DNA from: an uncultured Verrucomicrobiae bacterium
GTDB lineage: Bacteria > Verrucomicrobiota > Verrucomicrobiia > Chthoniobacterales > UBA10450
DNA: 64,000 nt
Assembly: GCA_963801815.1 (NCBI GenBank)
Contig: CAWDGJ010000003.1
Span: forward strand, 128,001-192,000
Direction of reading: 5' to 3'
Shown: piece after piece, positions 19,865 to 29,954 of the stretch
How positions within the stretch are numbered: the stretch's first letter is position 1
Layout: every line of letters begins with the position of its first letter
Notes under the pieces: generated by a model
The model's database searches: none
Told to the model about the DNA's origin: nothing
The model's input: the letters and a program-made list of their open reading frames with translations, nothing else
Translations under genes and position numbers: made by a program

Positions 19865-20519
19865 CTACGCCAGCCGCGAGATTCAGTTCAAAATTGTCTA
19901 CTACGGACCGGCTTTGTGCGGGAAGACAACGAATCTTAATTACATACATCAGCGGATCAATCCGCTGAATCGCGGGGACCTCGTTTCACTGGCGACTGCG
20001 ACCGAACGCACACTGTTTTTCGATTTTTTGCCGCTCAACGCGGTGGTAATCAAAGGCTTTGTCACCAAGTTTCAACTGTACACCGTTCCCGGTCAGGTGA
20101 TTTACAATGCGACCCGTCAGCTTGTCTTGCGCAGTGTCGACGGGATTGTATTCGTCGCAGACTCCCAGTGGGAAAAAATGGAGGAGAATGTCGAGAGCTG
20201 GAAAAACCTCTGCGACAATCTTCAGCTGCAGAACATGAACATTGACGACACGCCGTGCGTCGTGGAGTACAACAAACGCGACCTGCCGAACATCGCTCCA
20301 GTCAATTACATGGAATATGTATTGAACAATCGGAAGAAACGGCTGCAAAGCTACGAGGTTATTTCCAGCACAGGTCAGAACGTGTTTGCGACGCTGAACG
20401 CTGTCTCACAGATTCTGCTGCATAAGTTCAGTAAACAAAGTGAGGCGCCGCAGGGCGCGCCGTTGCCGGTGGCAATTCCGGTTGAACCGCCCTCACGAAC
20501 GCAAAGGCTTCCCGCGTGA
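19851..20519 (+). CDS. mglA: MglA-family small GTPase
   Basis: [55 protein letters not shown] match the MglA signature. Confidence 0.93.
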   Translation: [222 protein letters not shown]

Positions 20520-20986
20520 ATACGATTCCCGTACTAACCATCCAGGACGTCGCTACGCTCGACGGCGTGCTCAGCGATTTTTTGAAAAAGACCGAGGCCG
20601 AGTTAACCGTTGTGATCGATCGCGGCGGTAACGTGATTTCGCAATACGGCGACATGAATGTGATGGACGTGACCGTGATTGCCGCGCTTGCGGCCGGTTC
20701 GTTTGCAGCCACGCGCGAGCTCGCCCGGCGCATCGGCGAAGTGGAGTTCAACGCGCTTTACCATCAAGGTAACGGGAACCACATGTTCATGAATTCGGTT
20801 GATGATGAGACCATCATGATCACAGTGTTTGGGTCGCGAACCACAGTCGGGTTAGTTCGGTTCTATTCCGCCGCTACTGCGCAGAACGTGGCGGCGGTAT
20901 TGAAGTCGCTTCGCAGCAATGCCCACGGATTTTCCTTCGACTCGACGGACATTTCCGCGCAGCCGCTGTTTGTTGATAATTCTTAG
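20516..20986 (+). CDS. mglB: MglB-family Roadblock/LC7 protein (GAP of MglA)
   Basis: IDRGGNVISQYG, ALAAGSFAATRELARRIGE.EF..LYHQG, TTVGLVRF; GTGA overlap with mglA. Confidence 0.9.
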   Translation: MNTIPVLTIQDVATLDGVLSDFLKKTEAELTVVIDRGGNVISQYGDMNVMDVTVIAALAAGSFAATRELARRIGEVEFNALYHQGNGNHMFMNSVDDETIMITVFGSRTTVGLVRFYSAATAQNVAAVLKSLRSNAHGFSFDSTDISAQPLFVDNS

Positions 20987-21087
20987 AGTCGGCCACGACG
21001 ATTGCAGTTTTCCTCTTCCGCCCCCTCTTAATCTGTAGCCTTCGGCTATCCAGATAGAGTTCAGGCGGGGACCGCAGCGGAGACCGA

Positions 21088-21122
21088 CAAACAGAAAGGG
21101 ACGGACCTTTCGGTCCGCCCCC
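21088..21122 (-). terminator. Intrinsic terminator downstream of pilC
   Basis: Hairpin GGGACGGACC-TTTC-GGTCCGCCCC; T-rich tail TTTCTGTTT on the minus strand. Confidence 0.6.
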
Positions 21123-21162
21123 TCCCTGCCTACGAGCTTCTCCTAGCTCTTTTTTTGGGAAA

Positions 21163-22392
21163 TCAATGCGCGGATTGGCTTTGTGAAACTACTTCGTTGA
21201 GTTTGAAGATAGGCAGGAACATCGCGATCACGATGCCGCCGACGATCACGCCCAGGAAGACGATAAGCATTGGCTCGATGAGCGATGTCAGGGCGTCGAG
21301 CATCGCTTCGATTTCCTCGTCCCAGAAATCGGCCATTTTCTCAAGCATGTTGTCGATCTTGCCCGTGGCTTCGCCGGCCGCGACCATGCGCAGAATCATC
21401 GGCGGGAAAATTGCTTTCTTGGACATAGCGACCGAAAGGTTGTCCCCTTTTTCCACGTCTGCGCCAACGGACTTGATGTCTTTCTCGATCACATCGTTAC
21501 CGGAGGAACCGCCGACGATGTCGATCACTTCAAGAATCGGAACACCGCTGCGAATAAGCTGCGCGAATGTGCGGGCAAAACGAGACATTGCGATCTTGTG
21601 AATGAGCGGGCCGAATACCGGCAGTTTTAATTTCCACCGATCCCATAGTTGCTTGCCGCGCGTTGAGCGAAGAAAAGTGCGAACTCCGAAAATCATCGAC
21701 GCAATTCCCACCATCAGGAAGTACCATTCGCCGCGAACGAAATCGCTGACGTCGATCAGGAACTGGGTAGGCGCGGGAAGTTTGGCGCCGAAATCCTTGA
21801 AGATTTCGCCAAAGATCGGAACAACACGGACGATGAGGAAGGTAGTGATGAGTAGCGCAATGCAGATAACAATGACCGGGTAGGTCATGGCCGACTTGAC
21901 TTTCTTGCGCAAGCGGGCGCTCGCTTCGAGAAATCCGGCCAGACGGTCCAGAATTTCGGCGAGAAGACCGCCGGTCTCACCGGCTTTGACCATGCTCACG
22001 AAAAGGCGGTTGAAAACGCGCGGATGCTTGGCAATGGATTCGTGGAAGGTCTCGCCGCCTTGGACACGAGTGGTCACATCGCTGATCACGTTTCGGAGGT
22101 TCCGTTGACGCTTCGGATCGGATTGATCGTAAAGCGCGGTCAATGCTTGGACGAGCGAGATGCCAGCCTCGATCATCGTCGCGAGCTGGCGGGTGAAGAG
22201 AACGATGTCGGTCTCTTTGACCGTCCAGGTTTTCTTCTTGGTTTTGCTGGCGCCGGCTTTTTGCTGGAGTGACAGCACCATGAGCCCGCGACTCATCAGA
22301 CTGGTGACAGCATTATCTTCGTTAAGGGCGTCTTGAATTCCGGAGACGATACGCCCGGAGGCATCTCTGGCTTGGTAGGCGAAGGTGATCAT
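21163..22392 (-). CDS. pilC: Type IV pilus platform protein PilC (GspF family)
   Basis: FTRQLATMIEAG, MVKAGETGG.L, KSAMTYP, SGVPIL, GEATG, LIEP...AMFLPIF. Confidence 0.93.
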   Translation of the reverse strand: MITFAYQARDASGRIVSGIQDALNEDNAVTSLMSRGLMVLSLQQKAGASKTKKKTWTVKETDIVLFTRQLATMIEAGISLVQALTALYDQSDPKRQRNLRNVISDVTTRVQGGETFHESIAKHPRVFNRLFVSMVKAGETGGLLAEILDRLAGFLEASARLRKKVKSAMTYPVIVICIALLITTFLIVRVVPIFGEIFKDFGAKLPAPTQFLIDVSDFVRGEWYFLMVGIASMIFGVRTFLRSTRGKQLWDRWKLKLPVFGPLIHKIAMSRFARTFAQLIRSGVPILEVIDIVGGSSGNDVIEKDIKSVGADVEKGDNLSVAMSKKAIFPPMILRMVAAGEATGKIDNMLEKMADFWDEEIEAMLDALTSLIEPMLIVFLGVIVGGIVIAMFLPIFKLNEVVSQSQSAH

Positions 22393-22496
22393 TTGTTAGA
22401 ATTACCATAACCACTGAAGCAGCTAGGATGCCACGCCTTGCCTATCCCCCAGGTCTCAGCCACTTTACCCCTCTCAGAAGATCTTTATTACCCACG

Positions 22497-23378
22497 ATGA
22501 CTGCGCCAAACCGACATCTTTCAGGCGAAGCGACGTCGCTAAACGCGACCGAGCGCTTCCTTCGGTTGATTCGTTTTTCGCATACGATTTTCGCACTGCC
22601 TTTCGCGCTTGGCGCCCTTGTCGTGGCGGCAAACGGGATGCCGTCGCTGCGGACCTTGGTTCTGGTACTTGTCTGCATGGTTTGCGCGCGGACCGCTGCC
22701 ATGCTTTTCAACCGCTGGGTCGATTGGTCGTTGGATCAACGCAATCCACGCACGGCGTCGCGGCATTTGCTTTTGACAAGATCCACCATTGCCCTATTGC
22801 TCGTCGTCAGTTCGCTCACGTTTCTAGTCGCGGCCGCTGCCATTAACCGGCTCACGTTTTTGTTGTCGCCGGTGGCGCTTGGCATCGTTTTCTTCTACTC
22901 GTTGACGAAGCGTTTCACGTCCTCGACCCATTTTTTTCTCGGGGCTGCGCTGGCAATCTCACCACTCGGCGCATGGATCGCGCAACGCGGTGATATCGAT
23001 CTTCCGCCGTTTGTGTTAGCCGCGGGAATTGTTTGCTGGGTGGCCGGATTCGACCTCATCTATGCGATTCAGGATTTTGACTTCGACAAACGAGAGGGAA
23101 TTCAGTCCCTGGTCGTCAGGCTGGGAGTTCCACGTAGTCTAAGGCTCGCGCAATTACTTCATCTAGGGCTGTTCTTTGCGTTGATTGCCTTCGGCCTGGT
23201 CGCGCGGCTCGGCGTCATCTACTTTTGCGCCATCCCGCTTGTTGCGGCGGCTTTATTTTTTGAGCACCGCAGCGCTCGCTCGCTCGACGTTATCGGAATC
23301 AACCGCGCATTTTTTCAGAGTAACGCGTTTGTCAGTGCCCTTTTCTTGGTGAGCGTCTGTGTGGATCGGTTCGTTTGA
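22497..23378 (+). CDS. UbiA-family polyprenyltransferase (MqnP/UbiA-like)
   Basis: FSHTIFALPFA, ARTAAMLFNR..D...D..NPRT..R, YSLTKRF, WVAGFDLIYAIQD. Confidence 0.9.
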   Translation: MTAPNRHLSGEATSLNATERFLRLIRFSHTIFALPFALGALVVAANGMPSLRTLVLVLVCMVCARTAAMLFNRWVDWSLDQRNPRTASRHLLLTRSTIALLLVVSSLTFLVAAAAINRLTFLLSPVALGIVFFYSLTKRFTSSTHFFLGAALAISPLGAWIAQRGDIDLPPFVLAAGIVCWVAGFDLIYAIQDFDFDKREGIQSLVVRLGVPRSLRLAQLLHLGLFFALIAFGLVARLGVIYFCAIPLVAAALFFEHRSARSLDVIGINRAFFQSNAFVSALFLVSVCVDRFV

Positions 23379-23394
23379 AATCCGAACCAGCTGG

Positions 23395-23826
23395 TTACAT
23401 CGCGTTTAATTGCGCAACCCTTCTCGCATGACGGCCGCCTTCGAATGGCGTTTCCAGCCAAATTCGCACGATCTTAAGTGCCATATCCTCGGCGATCACG
23501 CGCTGTCCGAGTGAAAGGACGTTCGCATCGTTGTGCTGACGCGAGAGCCGCGCGACTTCTTCGTTCCAGCAAAGGGCGCACCGGACGCCGTGAACTTTGT
23601 TCGCCGTCATCGCTTCGCCGTTGCCCGATCCGCCAAATACAATGCCACGTTCGCATTCAGCTCGCGCGACTGCTTCAGCGGCCGGTCTGATGAACAGCGG
23701 ATAATCGACTGGGTCCTCGTTGAAGGTTCCGAAATCCTTGACTTCGTGGCCGAGCGAACTGAGAAGCTCCTTCACCTTTTCCTTGTAGCGAAAGCCGGCG
23801 TGATCTGTGCCGAGCGCAATTTTCAT
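23395..23826 (-). CDS. rpiB: Ribose-5-phosphate isomerase B
   Basis: DHAG, DYP, GGSGNGE..ANK, HNDANVLSLG, FEGGRH.RR. Confidence 0.95.
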   Translation of the reverse strand: MKIALGTDHAGFRYKEKVKELLSSLGHEVKDFGTFNEDPVDYPLFIRPAAEAVARAECERGIVFGGSGNGEAMTANKVHGVRCALCWNEEVARLSRQHNDANVLSLGQRVIAEDMALKIVRIWLETPFEGGRHARRVAQLNAM

Positions 23827-23877
23827 GGTTGTTTGGTAGACCGACGGGCGTGGTTTTGTCGAGATAACATGTCGATA

Positions 23878-24831
23878 TCAGCCGCTGTGCAGCTTCGCCA
23901 ACTGGTTCCAGATTTCCCGCTCGCGTTCCGATATTTTTTTTGAGATCTGAATCTGAGCGACAACATAAAGGTTGCCGCGTTTTCCCGACATTCCCGGCAG
24001 TCCGCGTTCGCGCAGGCGAAATCGCTGACCGCCTTCCGTGCCGGAAGGGATCTTGAGACGGACCTTCCCTTCCAATGTTGGCACTTGCAATTCGCTTCCA
24101 AGCACCGCCTGCCATGGGGCGATTTTCACTTCGTGAATCAAGTCGCTGCCTTCGACCGTAAAATCGGGATGTTTCGCAAGGCGAACGCGGAGAAAGAGGT
24201 CGCCACTCTTGCCACCACGGGCGCCAGCTTCGCCCTGCCCGGCAAGTCGAATACGCTGTCCTTCGTGAACTCCGCGCGGAATCTTGACCTGATACTTTTC
24301 GACCTTGTTCGAGCCGGCGCGCCGCAGCGAAACCGTTCTGGTCGAGCCGCGTGACGCTTCCTCGAGCGTAACGAGAATGTCGGCTTCGACGTCCGCTCCG
24401 CGTTCCGCCGTCGCTTCACGTCCACCGAATCCGCCGAACGCCGATCGTCCCCGTCCGCCGCCGAAAAACGCTTCGAAAAAATCGCTGAATCCGGTCCCGC
24501 CAAATTCAAATTCAACTCCGCGCCGGCCATCGCCACCCCACTGATGGAATCCTCCGCCGGGTTGACCGCTCCATTGTGGCGGCGGCTGAAAACCACCTGG
24601 TTGGTTCCAATTCGCGCCAAGCTGATCGTATTTCTGTCGCTTCTCCGGGTCGCCCAGGACTTCGTAGGCTTCGTTGATTTGCTTGAACTTTTCTTCAGCC
24701 GCTTTTTTATCCTTTGCAACGTCGGGATGATATTTGCGCGCGAGCTTCCGAAACGCGCTCTTGATTTCATCATCAGTCGCGGTTTTCGAAACGCCAAGCG
24801 TTTCATAATAATCTCTGAATTGAACTGCCAT
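23878..24831 (-). CDS. DnaJ class B chaperone (CbpA-like, no zinc finger)
   Basis: J domain with HPD, G/F-rich region, GFSDFF, DnaJ C-terminal domain. Confidence 0.92.
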   Translation of the reverse strand: MAVQFRDYYETLGVSKTATDDEIKSAFRKLARKYHPDVAKDKKAAEEKFKQINEAYEVLGDPEKRQKYDQLGANWNQPGGFQPPPQWSGQPGGGFHQWGGDGRRGVEFEFGGTGFSDFFEAFFGGGRGRSAFGGFGGREATAERGADVEADILVTLEEASRGSTRTVSLRRAGSNKVEKYQVKIPRGVHEGQRIRLAGQGEAGARGGKSGDLFLRVRLAKHPDFTVEGSDLIHEVKIAPWQAVLGSELQVPTLEGKVRLKIPSGTEGGQRFRLRERGLPGMSGKRGNLYVVAQIQISKKISEREREIWNQLAKLHSG

Positions 24832-24881
24832 TGCAGTCTGAACCTTGTGCCGCCGGTCAGTTCGCGCAACCTTGTCTAATC

Positions 24882-25094
24882 ATGCACGACATCGGTAAAT
24901 TTCTGGTGATCATCGGCGTGGTTGTGGCGGTGCTCGGGTTCATTTTATGGAGCGGATGGGCGCCGAAATGGCTCGGGCGCTTGCCAGGTGACATTCGGAT
25001 CGAACGTGAACACGGCGCGTTTTATTTTCCAGTCGTTACGTGCTTCATCATTAGTATCGTATTGAGTTTGCTCTTGTCGATCTTTCGGCGCTGA
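24882..25094 (+). CDS. DUF2905 family small membrane protein
   Basis: LGRLPGDIRIE...FYFPVVT..IISIVLS. Confidence 0.85.
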   Translation: MHDIGKFLVIIGVVVAVLGFILWSGWAPKWLGRLPGDIRIEREHGAFYFPVVTCFIISIVLSLLLSIFRR

Positions 25095-25735
25095 TGGCGG
25101 TGCCGGGCAAACAGCGTGCTTTGGGTCGCCACGTTGCGCGGCTTCGAAAGTGCCGGCTTTGTCCGCGAATGAAATCGACGCCCGTTTCGGGCGGCGCAAT
25201 TTTCAGCGACGTTATGATCATTGGTCAGGCGCCCGGTCCTCGCGAGCCGACGTTGAAGCGGCCATTCGCGCACACGGCCGGTCAAACGTTGTTTGGCTGG
25301 TTCGAGAAATTCTGCGGAATGAATGAATCAGTAGTTCGCTCGAAAATTTATTTTGCGGCGGTCTGCCGATGTTTCCCCGGAAAAGCAGCCGGCGGGACGG
25401 ACCGCGTTCCCGCGCCGGACGAAATTCGAAACTGCGCACCGTGGATGAACGAGGAGATCGAAATTCTAAAACCGCGCTTGATTATTCCGGTCGGGCGATT
25501 GGCGATCTCGCAATTTATCGATTGCACGAAATTGGAGCAGGTGATTGGCCGAAAGTTTCGGGCAGATCGCGCAGGGTATCGTTTCGATTTGCTTCCGCTG
25601 CCGCATCCGTCTGGCGCATCGCCTTGGCACAAGATTGAGCCGGGAAAACAACTTCTAGGGAAAGCGATGCGTAAAATCGCGCGCCACCCAGCCATCAAGC
25701 ATCTTGCACAGAGGCCGCAACCGTCACCACATTAA
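25094..25735 (+). CDS. Uracil-DNA glycosylase superfamily protein
   Basis: CRLC, IGQAPG, RCFPG, LPHPSG. Confidence 0.88.
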   Translation: MAVPGKQRALGRHVARLRKCRLCPRMKSTPVSGGAIFSDVMIIGQAPGPREPTLKRPFAHTAGQTLFGWFEKFCGMNESVVRSKIYFAAVCRCFPGKAAGGTDRVPAPDEIRNCAPWMNEEIEILKPRLIIPVGRLAISQFIDCTKLEQVIGRKFRADRAGYRFDLLPLPHPSGASPWHKIEPGKQLLGKAMRKIARHPAIKHLAQRPQPSPH

Positions 25736-25785
25736 TTCCTTTGCGTTTCTTTGCGCCCTTGGTGGACGTTATGCGAGAGTTCGTC

Positions 25786-27579
25786 ATGGACGTTTCATCG
25801 CGCGCTGACATTCCCGAATCCGATAAGTGGGACTTGTCGCATCTATTCGACGACGTCGACAAGTGGAAGGAGGATCTTCGCTGGGTCGCGCAGACGTATC
25901 CGCGCATTAGAGAATGGAGGGGAAAGCTCGGCCAATCCGCGAAGGATCTGGCGGATTGTTTGGAATTTGAAAAATCACTCGATCTCAAAATCGAACGACT
26001 TTATCACTTCGCCTCGCTGCAACTCGCGGAGGACAGCGCGAACACGGATTATCTGGCGCGGGTCGGGCAGATCCAAAATCTCCTCACTCAAATTGGCGAA
26101 GCGTTCGCGTTCGTCGTTCCCGAAATCCAGGCGATCGACGATGAAAGGTTCGTAAAATTCATGGCCGAGCCTGCACTCGCAGATTGGCGAATCAAGCTGT
26201 ATAAGGTGCGCCGTTTGAAACCGCACGTACTTTCCGAGCCGGAGGAACGGATCCTCGCGCTTGGCGCGGCCGCGCTTAATGGGTACGACGACACCTTTTC
26301 GCAGCTCACCGACGTCGACATGAAATTTGGCGTAATCCTGGATGAATCGGGGCGAGAAAAACCACTTACTCAAAGTTCATTCAGTTCGTTTTTGGTGAAA
26401 CGCGATCCCGAATTGAGGAAGCGGGCATTTCTTCAATTTTATGGGGAGTTTCAGGACCATCAGTACACCCTGGCCAGCTCGCTCGCTTATTCGGTGAAAG
26501 CCGACGTGTTTCGCGCGCGTTCGAGAAATTATTCGTCATCGCTCGAGGCAGCGTTATTTCCGGATGACATCCCGATCTCGGTTTATGAAAACCTGATCAA
26601 ATCAGTGCGCACCAACTTCGCGCCACTCTTTCGCTACTTCGAATTACGACGTCAGGTTTTGAAACTGAAGGAGCTGCACCACTACGACACCTACGTGCCC
26701 TTGGTTGCCGAGATTGAGTCGCATATTCCGTTCGATGAAGCTGTAAACAAGGTTGTGGCTGCGCTCCAACCGCTCGGAAAAGAATACGTCGATGTTTTGA
26801 GAGACGGATTACGCGGCCGCTGGTGCGACCGCTACGAAACGAAAGGCAAGCGAAGCGGCGCATTTTCGTCCGGAAGCTATGGCGCCCCGCCGTATATCTT
26901 GATGAATTACAAGGAGGACGTGTTTGCGGATCTTTATACCCTTGCGCACGAAGCCGGACACTCGATGCACACCTGGTTCGCGCAAAGATCGCAAGCATTT
27001 CAAGATTACGATTACCCAATCTTTCTGGCTGAGGTCGCGTCAACCTTTAACGAAGAGCTTCTGACTCATTATCTGCTCGGGCAGACGCGCGATCCGAAGA
27101 TGCGCGCCTACATCATCAATCGGCAGATTGACGACATTCGCGGCACGCTCTTTCGGCAAACGATGTTCGCCGAGTTCGAAAAGATCGTTCATGCGATCGA
27201 AGAAAGCGGTGACGCGCTCACCCTGGATGTTTTCAAAACCGAATATCACAAACTGCTGGCGGCGTATTTTGCGAAAAACTTTGTCGTCGACCCTCAACTG
27301 GATTTGGAGTGTCTGCGCATCCCGCATTTCTACGGAGCGTTCTATGTTTACAAATACGCCACTGGAATATCCGCAGCCGTGGCGCTCGCGGAGAAAGTGT
27401 TGCGGGGTGAATCTGGCGCGGTGGAAGCCTATGTCGGCTTCCTCAAATCAGGCGGCTCGAAGTTTCCGCTGGAAACCCTCCGCGCCGCAGGCATCGACAT
27501 GACCACCCCTGCGCCGATCGAAAGTACGCTACGTTTGTTTGAACGCCGGCTCGGGGAGCTGGAAGAGCTACTTCTGTAG
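25786..27579 (+). CDS. pepF: Oligoendopeptidase F (M3B)
   Basis: WDLSHLF, GKRSGAFS, TLAHEAGHSMH, AEVASTFNE, PHFY..FYVYKYA. Confidence 0.95.
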   Translation: MDVSSRADIPESDKWDLSHLFDDVDKWKEDLRWVAQTYPRIREWRGKLGQSAKDLADCLEFEKSLDLKIERLYHFASLQLAEDSANTDYLARVGQIQNLLTQIGEAFAFVVPEIQAIDDERFVKFMAEPALADWRIKLYKVRRLKPHVLSEPEERILALGAAALNGYDDTFSQLTDVDMKFGVILDESGREKPLTQSSFSSFLVKRDPELRKRAFLQFYGEFQDHQYTLASSLAYSVKADVFRARSRNYSSSLEAALFPDDIPISVYENLIKSVRTNFAPLFRYFELRRQVLKLKELHHYDTYVPLVAEIESHIPFDEAVNKVVAALQPLGKEYVDVLRDGLRGRWCDRYETKGKRSGAFSSGSYGAPPYILMNYKEDVFADLYTLAHEAGHSMHTWFAQRSQAFQDYDYPIFLAEVASTFNEELLTHYLLGQTRDPKMRAYIINRQIDDIRGTLFRQTMFAEFEKIVHAIEESGDALTLDVFKTEYHKLLAAYFAKNFVVDPQLDLECLRIPHFYGAFYVYKYATGISAAVALAEKVLRGESGAVEAYVGFLKSGGSKFPLETLRAAGIDMTTPAPIESTLRLFERRLGELEELLL

Positions 27580-27625
27580 AGCAAGCTGCTACCCCCGATG
27601 GGCGATTGAGGTCAATCGCCCTACC
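27575..27625. repeat. GTAG-type REP doublet; its left GTAG supplies the pepF stop codon
   Basis: TGTAGAGC ... GGGCGATTGA-GG-TCAATCGCCC-TACC (10-bp hairpin next to the reverse-complement GTAG). Confidence 0.6.
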
Positions 27626-27657
27626 GACGTTGGCAAGCTCCCTGCTTAAAGACATGG

Positions 27658-28125
27658 GTGGACTACGAATGGCGTTTGCGTGCGGCAGCCGGTTATGCCG
27701 AACTCGGCATGAACCGCGAGTCCATTGCCGAATTAAACGCCATCGAAGAATTCGAGCAAGATCGCCCCGAGGTACTGCAGCTACGCCTGCATCATTTGAT
27801 GCGCGAGAAAAAATGGGCGCGGGCTTTGACAGTCAGCCGAAAACTTTGTCGCATTGCTCCGCAATGCACGGCTGGATTTCTGCATGCCGGCTTTTGTTTG
27901 CATGAGCTCGGCAAAACTCTCCAGGCAAAAAACCTTCTGTTGAAGGGACCGGTCGCTTTGCTCCGTGAGCCGATTTATTATTATAATATGGGCTGTTACG
28001 ACGCCCTGCTTGGCAATCAGAAATCTGCGCAGGTCCATCTTCTCACCAGTTTCAAAATGGATCCGACCTTTCGCGACATCGCAAAAAAGGATCCCGATCT
28101 CGAATCGGTTAAGGAATTGATCTGA
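27658..28125 (+). CDS. TPR-repeat hypothetical protein
   Basis: AAAGYAELGM, YYNMGCY..LLG, AKKDPDL. Confidence 0.75.
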   Translation: MDYEWRLRAAAGYAELGMNRESIAELNAIEEFEQDRPEVLQLRLHHLMREKKWARALTVSRKLCRIAPQCTAGFLHAGFCLHELGKTLQAKNLLLKGPVALLREPIYYYNMGCYDALLGNQKSAQVHLLTSFKMDPTFRDIAKKDPDLESVKELI

Positions 28126-28129
28126 CTTC

Positions 28130-28191
28130 TGTGGAGGCGGCCGTCCCCGGCTGCTCTTAAAAAGATTGCAGGCGAGACGACTGCCGCCACA
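28130..28191. repeat. REP doublet (REPIN-like), same family as the mutS-internal element
   Basis: TGTGGAGGCGGCCGTCCCCGGCTGC-spacer-GCAGGCGAGACGACTGCCGCCACA. Confidence 0.8.
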
Positions 28192-28203
28192 GCATTGCTG
28201 TCG

Positions 28204-29364
28204 ATGCAATTGGATGCGGATCTTCTCCGAGCGCGACTCGAATCACTTTTTCGAGAAAATTTTGATAAATTTGGCGAGATTGGGGCGGCGGTTTCAGTTT
28301 GGAAGGACGGTAGAGCGGTTGCCGATCTTTATGGAGGATTGAGAGATATGCGCGGCAAACCACCTTGGACTCAAGACACGCTGGTCTTGATTTGGTCGGC
28401 AACCAAAGGACTCGGGGCCGCTTGTTTGCTGCACGTCTTGCAGGAACATAAGATCGGCATCGAACGTCGAGTTTCCGAGTTCTGGCAGGAGTTTGGTCAA
28501 GCGGGGAAGGAGAGGATCACGTTTGCGCAATTGCTTTCGCATCAGGCCGGACTCGCGGCCTTGGATCGACGCGTCAATATTCTCGATTATGCAGCTGTCA
28601 TTGGGGCGCTTGAACGACAGGAGCCGAACTGGCCGCCTGGAACTGCACACGGTTATCACGCGCGCACATTTGGGTTCTTGCTCGAGGAGCTTGTTAGGCG
28701 AATCGCCAGTGCGACTGTCGGCGAGTATTGGCGAAAAACTTTCGCCGAGCCTCTCGATCTTGATCTCTGGATAGGGTTGCCCGAAAATGAAAATGACCGG
28801 GTCGCAACGATGTATGCCGCCAAGGTTGGAAAAGCGCCCAAGCCGCGAAACCGCCAGTCCGGCGTGGACTTCTACCAGGATTTGGCAAGACCAGACAGCT
28901 TCGCAAGAAAGGTCTTCAATTCGCCAAGCGGACTCAACGCAGTCAGCGACATGAACAAGCCAGAGAATCGCGCCCGCGCCTTCGTTTCGTTCGGCGGAAT
29001 CGGGAGCGCGAATTCGCTCGCGAAATTTTATGCGATGCTGGCGAACGGAGGCCAAGTTGGGGACCAACAATTCTTTTCAGCAACGACGCTGAATTGGATG
29101 AAGACAACTCTCAGTGACGGTATCGATCGCGTATTTCAAATTCCGACAGCTTTTTCCGTCGGATTTATGAAAGACTCACAGGCATCGCCGCGGAAAATAT
29201 TTGGACCAGCGACTTCTTCATTCGGTCATCCGGGCGCCGGAGGCAGTCATGCGTTCGCCGATCCGGAAAATAAGATCAGTTTCGCTTACGTGATGAATCA
29301 GATGGAGCAATCAGTGTTACCTAACGAGAAATCATTGCGGGTCGTGGATGCGATTTACCCGTAG
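28204..29364 (+). CDS. Serine hydrolase, beta-lactamase class C/EstA-like
   Basis: SxxK (SATK), LLSHQAG, GYHA, FGHPGAGGS...ADP. Confidence 0.9.
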   Translation: MQLDADLLRARLESLFRENFDKFGEIGAAVSVWKDGRAVADLYGGLRDMRGKPPWTQDTLVLIWSATKGLGAACLLHVLQEHKIGIERRVSEFWQEFGQAGKERITFAQLLSHQAGLAALDRRVNILDYAAVIGALERQEPNWPPGTAHGYHARTFGFLLEELVRRIASATVGEYWRKTFAEPLDLDLWIGLPENENDRVATMYAAKVGKAPKPRNRQSGVDFYQDLARPDSFARKVFNSPSGLNAVSDMNKPENRARAFVSFGGIGSANSLAKFYAMLANGGQVGDQQFFSATTLNWMKTTLSDGIDRVFQIPTAFSVGFMKDSQASPRKIFGPATSSFGHPGAGGSHAFADPENKISFAYVMNQMEQSVLPNEKSLRVVDAIYP

Positions 29365-29491
29365 CCGACGTGCAAGCAGGGACATTTCAATTAATCAGCG
29401 TAACATTTAAGTGTAGCCACTCCGCTCTGACAGTTCGCAACGATCGAAACTTCTTTTCTTCCGAGGTGTTTTACATGAAAAGGAGCCTTCC

Positions 29492-29908
29492 ATGAAAATG
29501 TTTCTGCGATTTGCAGTCGTTTTGTCTTGCACATTCTTCGGTGTCACGCCGTGTCTGCTCGCTCAGTCGGTCAGCATTTCGGCTTCGCCGACACAGATTA
29601 CCAACGAGGGGCAGGAATCGACGATTACCCTTACAATTTCACCTCCGGCTGCGCGGCCTCTGGCGGTGAATTTGGTTGCGACCGGAACTGGCGCTCTGGG
29701 GAGCGAATATGTTGTGATTGGGAATTTCAATAAGCAAAACCAGGCGGTGGTACCGGCAGGCAGTTCAACTGTCACACTTACGTTGCATTCGCTCTTTGGA
29801 GGCACTAGCAATCTTAAGGAGTCTGCAGTGCTCAACGTGATTGGAGGGCGATTCTATAGCGTTGGTCGTCCGTCACATGCACAGGTGACGATCCAGAATG
29901 TGCCTTAG
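29492..29908 (+). CDS. Secreted Ig-like/Calx-beta-like protein
   Basis: Signal peptide; VSISASPTQITNEG, GTGALGSEY, VVPAGSSTVTLT. Confidence 0.6.
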   Translation: MKMFLRFAVVLSCTFFGVTPCLLAQSVSISASPTQITNEGQESTITLTISPPAARPLAVNLVATGTGALGSEYVVIGNFNKQNQAVVPAGSSTVTLTLHSLFGGTSNLKESAVLNVIGGRFYSVGRPSHAQVTIQNVP

Positions 29909-29954
29909 TTCGATTCACCTTCCGGATCTGCGAAATTTTGGCCAGTAAGATTGC

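Noticed and set aside
28204..29364. Bona fide antibiotic-resistance beta-lactamase
   Set aside because: Motifs (GYHA, FGHPGAGGS) fit the widespread EstA-like esterase branch; activity cannot be inferred
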